From: Psammoneis japonica
Lineage: Eukaryota
Reading direction: 5' to 3'
Assembly (NCBI GenBank): GCA_008632985.1
Contig: QPGO01000053.1
Location: 186,001-250,000, forward strand
Length of the DNA stretch: 64,000 nucleotides
The stretch's first letter is position 1. Every line of letters starts with the position of its first letter. Positions 61,370 to 64,000 of this stretch are shown piece by piece. The notes beneath the pieces are model-generated. The model had not been told where the DNA came from. It searched no databases and worked only from the letters and a program-made list of their open reading frames with translations. Position numbers and translations under genes: made by a program.

Positions 61370-62770
61370 TTAGCTCGCTCCTCCTTGTGGATTCATTTCT
61401 CTCAATAGCACTGCCACACTGGTGGGAGGCAGTATTCCCATTTCAGTCACAATACCGCTGACAAAGTCGGCGGGTGTCAAATCGTACATGAGATTCAACA
61501 GCTTGAGATTGGGCGTTTGTTTCCAAACCTTGTCAATCTCGGGCCCCGACACACAGTCGGGGTTGCCCAATTCGTTTCCCGTGATGCTTTCCAGTTGCAC
61601 CCGGGTAGACATTTTGTACGTTTCGCAACACACCAGTACCGGTTTGTCTGCCTGAGTCGCCATGAGTGCCACACAAGCCGTCCCGACGCGGCTCAAGACG
61701 GATCCGTCACTCAACAGAGCCGATGCTCCCAGAAACACCTTGGTGACTTCCTTGAGAACATAAGACAGTGAGTTCAGCAAGATGTACGTGCATTCAATTC
61801 CGGCTTGTCGAAGTTCTTGCAACATGGTCTTGCCCTCGAGAAGTGGTCGCGAGTCTACCACCACAACTGAAAAGTTAGTGGTCTTGTGTGCCTCGGCGAG
61901 AAGAATCGCAATCACTTGACTGTATCCATAAATCAAAATAACATCTCCATTCACAATCTTGGAGGACGCATGCTCCGATATCGCTCGATCGGCAAAGTCG
62001 ATCCGTTCTCGTTCGTATGCTCGAATCGTTTCCGCCAATACATTCACCACTTCATCCTTGCTCACATGCCGATCCAACGCGGCCACTGCTGACTTGAGCA
62101 GCGTAAACGCATTACCCATACTAACAGAATGAGGACGACAGTGTTGTGCCCAAAAGTTAAAGCTTGGCTTGAGTACGGTCGTATCCAAATCTTGACGAAC
62201 ATCCTTGCAGTCCGGCGGTGGTTCGTAGTCTTGCAAGACGGCTTCAAAGGCAGAGAGCATGGCCCGACAACGTTCATTGCCACCCCGAATCGTGCCCTTG
62301 GCATACAACAAGCCAACCTGCAAGACTGCGGGGTGGAGTGTCTTGTGGTGATGGCTACTCGTGGTAGTCTCGACGCCAAGCGTCACACCTCGTGATGGGA
62401 AACGATCCAATCCATAGTATGGAGGTAAATGAGAAAAGAGTGAGACGGTCTTATCGTCCTCTTTATTTTTTGAAGTATCCGATTCAGAAGTTTTCGTCTG
62501 TTGTTTTGTATCAGTCTTTTTACTTGGAGATTTTCCTTGTTGTTGCTGCTGTTGCGGTTGCTTTTTGCTTTGATTGGGTTTGCCTCCACCACCCTTTTCT
62601 GCTTTTGCTTTTCGTTGTGCTTCCTGCAAGGCTCTTCGTTCTGCTTTGCTAAGTTTGGGCTTCTTGGGCGGAATCACCAGGTCCTTTGGCTTTTCCTTTT
62701 TCTTTTTCCCTTGTGCGGGAGCAGCTGCAGGAGCCGGTGCAGGAGCAGAAGCGGCCGCTTCCTCCGTCAT
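61370..62770 (-). CDS. EIF2B4: Translation initiation factor eIF2B subunit delta
   Basis: SKAERRALQEAQR, LFSHLP, HPAVLQVGL..GGNERCRAML, CRPHSVSMGNA, VVVDSRPLLEG, SRVGTA, VCCETYK, YDLTPADF..VTEMGILPPTSV. Confidence 0.93.
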   Translation of the reverse strand: MTEEAAASAPAPAPAAAPAQGKKKKEKPKDLVIPPKKPKLSKAERRALQEAQRKAKAEKGGGGKPNQSKKQPQQQQQQGKSPSKKTDTKQQTKTSESDTSKNKEDDKTVSLFSHLPPYYGLDRFPSRGVTLGVETTTSSHHHKTLHPAVLQVGLLYAKGTIRGGNERCRAMLSAFEAVLQDYEPPPDCKDVRQDLDTTVLKPSFNFWAQHCRPHSVSMGNAFTLLKSAVAALDRHVSKDEVVNVLAETIRAYERERIDFADRAISEHASSKIVNGDVILIYGYSQVIAILLAEAHKTTNFSVVVVDSRPLLEGKTMLQELRQAGIECTYILLNSLSYVLKEVTKVFLGASALLSDGSVLSRVGTACVALMATQADKPVLVCCETYKMSTRVQLESITGNELGNPDCVSGPEIDKVWKQTPNLKLLNLMYDLTPADFVSGIVTEMGILPPTSVAVLLREMNPQGGAS

Positions 62771-63169
62771 GGTCAGTTTTTTGCAGGGTTAACTAATTGC
62801 AAAGTTTTCTGCAGCTATGGGTGGGGACGCCGTAGAAATCACGTAGGTGCTATTTTTTTAGAAAAATCAACCTCGCTGCCCAAATGGACCATGGCGGTCG
62901 TCAACCACCTCACACAAAAAAGTGTCATCATCACGATTCATAAGACTCAACGTGCGGTCACAACGCGCAAGGCCGGGCTTCCAACTCCCGCCACAACGTT
63001 AGCTATGCGACCACCAAGTCAACCTACCGTTTCTCACCAAATCGCTCTCGTACCCTCAGGATCATTATAAAAAGTTGTACTTTCGATACCATCGTGTCCG
63101 CCGTGATTGAATTAGGCGGGGTGCACCGAAGTACAACTTTTGGCGGCAGTTTCATCGAGTAGTTTTGAA

Positions 63170-63538
63170 ATGTCTGCCAATGTCAACATCTCTCGTTTGA
63201 ACAACATATCGTCATCAAAATGGCACGTTCATGAGGCAGAACTGAGCCACCTGATAGTAATAAAGTCAAAAGATGGCCTATCGGTACATACTCAAGTTGG
63301 ACATCTACTCACTGCATTGCAAAAGGGATATTTTGGCAATGTCAGGAAGGGCACGTACGGGACTACGGGATTTCCCGTGTCGGATCTACGAAGCACTCAG
63401 AAAATTGTTTTAAGGTCCATTGTTTCAATCATGGACGCACAGAAGATTGCAAAACGAATCGTTGACAGGAGGAAGTTACTGTCTCAAGAATGCCAAGATA
63501 CGTTACGATCGGGTATGACATGGAGAACGGATGGATAA
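63170..63538 (+). CDS. Hypothetical protein (possibly spliced)
   Basis: Short ATG-initiated ORF divergent from eIF2B-delta. No recognised homology. Confidence 0.3.
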   Translation: MSANVNISRLNNISSSKWHVHEAELSHLIVIKSKDGLSVHTQVGHLLTALQKGYFGNVRKGTYGTTGFPVSDLRSTQKIVLRSIVSIMDAQKIAKRIVDRRKLLSQECQDTLRSGMTWRTDG

Positions 63539-64000
63539 AACTCTTCAGATTCAAACGAACAACAATTCCAGAATTTCAACAAAGGTGAGACTCCGACAGT
63601 GTAGGCATTCTCTATATGGAGTTGTTTTGAAAATTGAAACGAATATCACCTTTTATCACTAATTTGCCTCACTTTTTTTAAAGTTATATCCGACAGGCGA
63701 ATGCCAGAAACCGATTTTGTCTTGTTATGGTACGGCTTTGTGATCCCAAAAGGTATGGTTGATTTTCTGTGTTTCTCGTGGAGACGTATCGCTTCTGCAA
63801 CGACACTAAAGTAACTAACCCCTTCTTTTCTTTCTTTTCTACTGTAAGCACTTTGACGACAATTACGTCGTGACGCATATCATCCAGATCATTACCGTGG
63901 TAAATGTATCACCGTTGCACGGGACAAGAGTTTGCCGCCAAGGTAATTCCGGTTGCTGGACGAGGAAGATGCGAAGCCGATACCGACATGTTTTCGTTGG

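Overview
Eukaryotic nuclear DNA, most likely a diatom. This is inferred from ASAFAP-like plastid-targeting motifs, 80-120 bp GT-AG introns and CoDi/GyDi-type LTR retrotransposons. Three ordinary gene blocks (about 1-5.4 kb, 17.6-38.9 kb, 60.8-64 kb) encode a GT61 fragment, peptidase C69, a Hedgehog-type Hint protein, CYP97, a HECT E3, two RING-H2 proteins, UPF1, a CENP-I-like protein, UNC-45 and eIF2B-delta. Two transposon islands (about 5.5-17.3 kb and 39.1-59.7 kb) alternate with these blocks. The main signal is that TpA dinucleotides inside the islands have been almost erased by conversion to TpG or CpA, i.e. A:T->G:C transitions on both strands, the mirror image of fungal RIP. A full-length copia element (52938-60044, TSD TGCCG) dates and polarises this. 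Its two 276-bp LTRs differ by 16 transitions; 13 are TA->TG/CA, all in the island-side LTR. Conserved tyrosines of its pol read as Cys/His (RT YVDD->CVDD). The process prefers TAY, stops sharply at promoters, spares short duplications in the gene blocks, and also hit a host-like gene, an intron and a cassette of possible DNA-modifying-enzyme pseudogenes. It looks like an adenine-directed, domain-restricted genome-defence mutator. The enzyme is not identifiable here and a base-calling artefact must be excluded with raw reads. All counts were made by eye.
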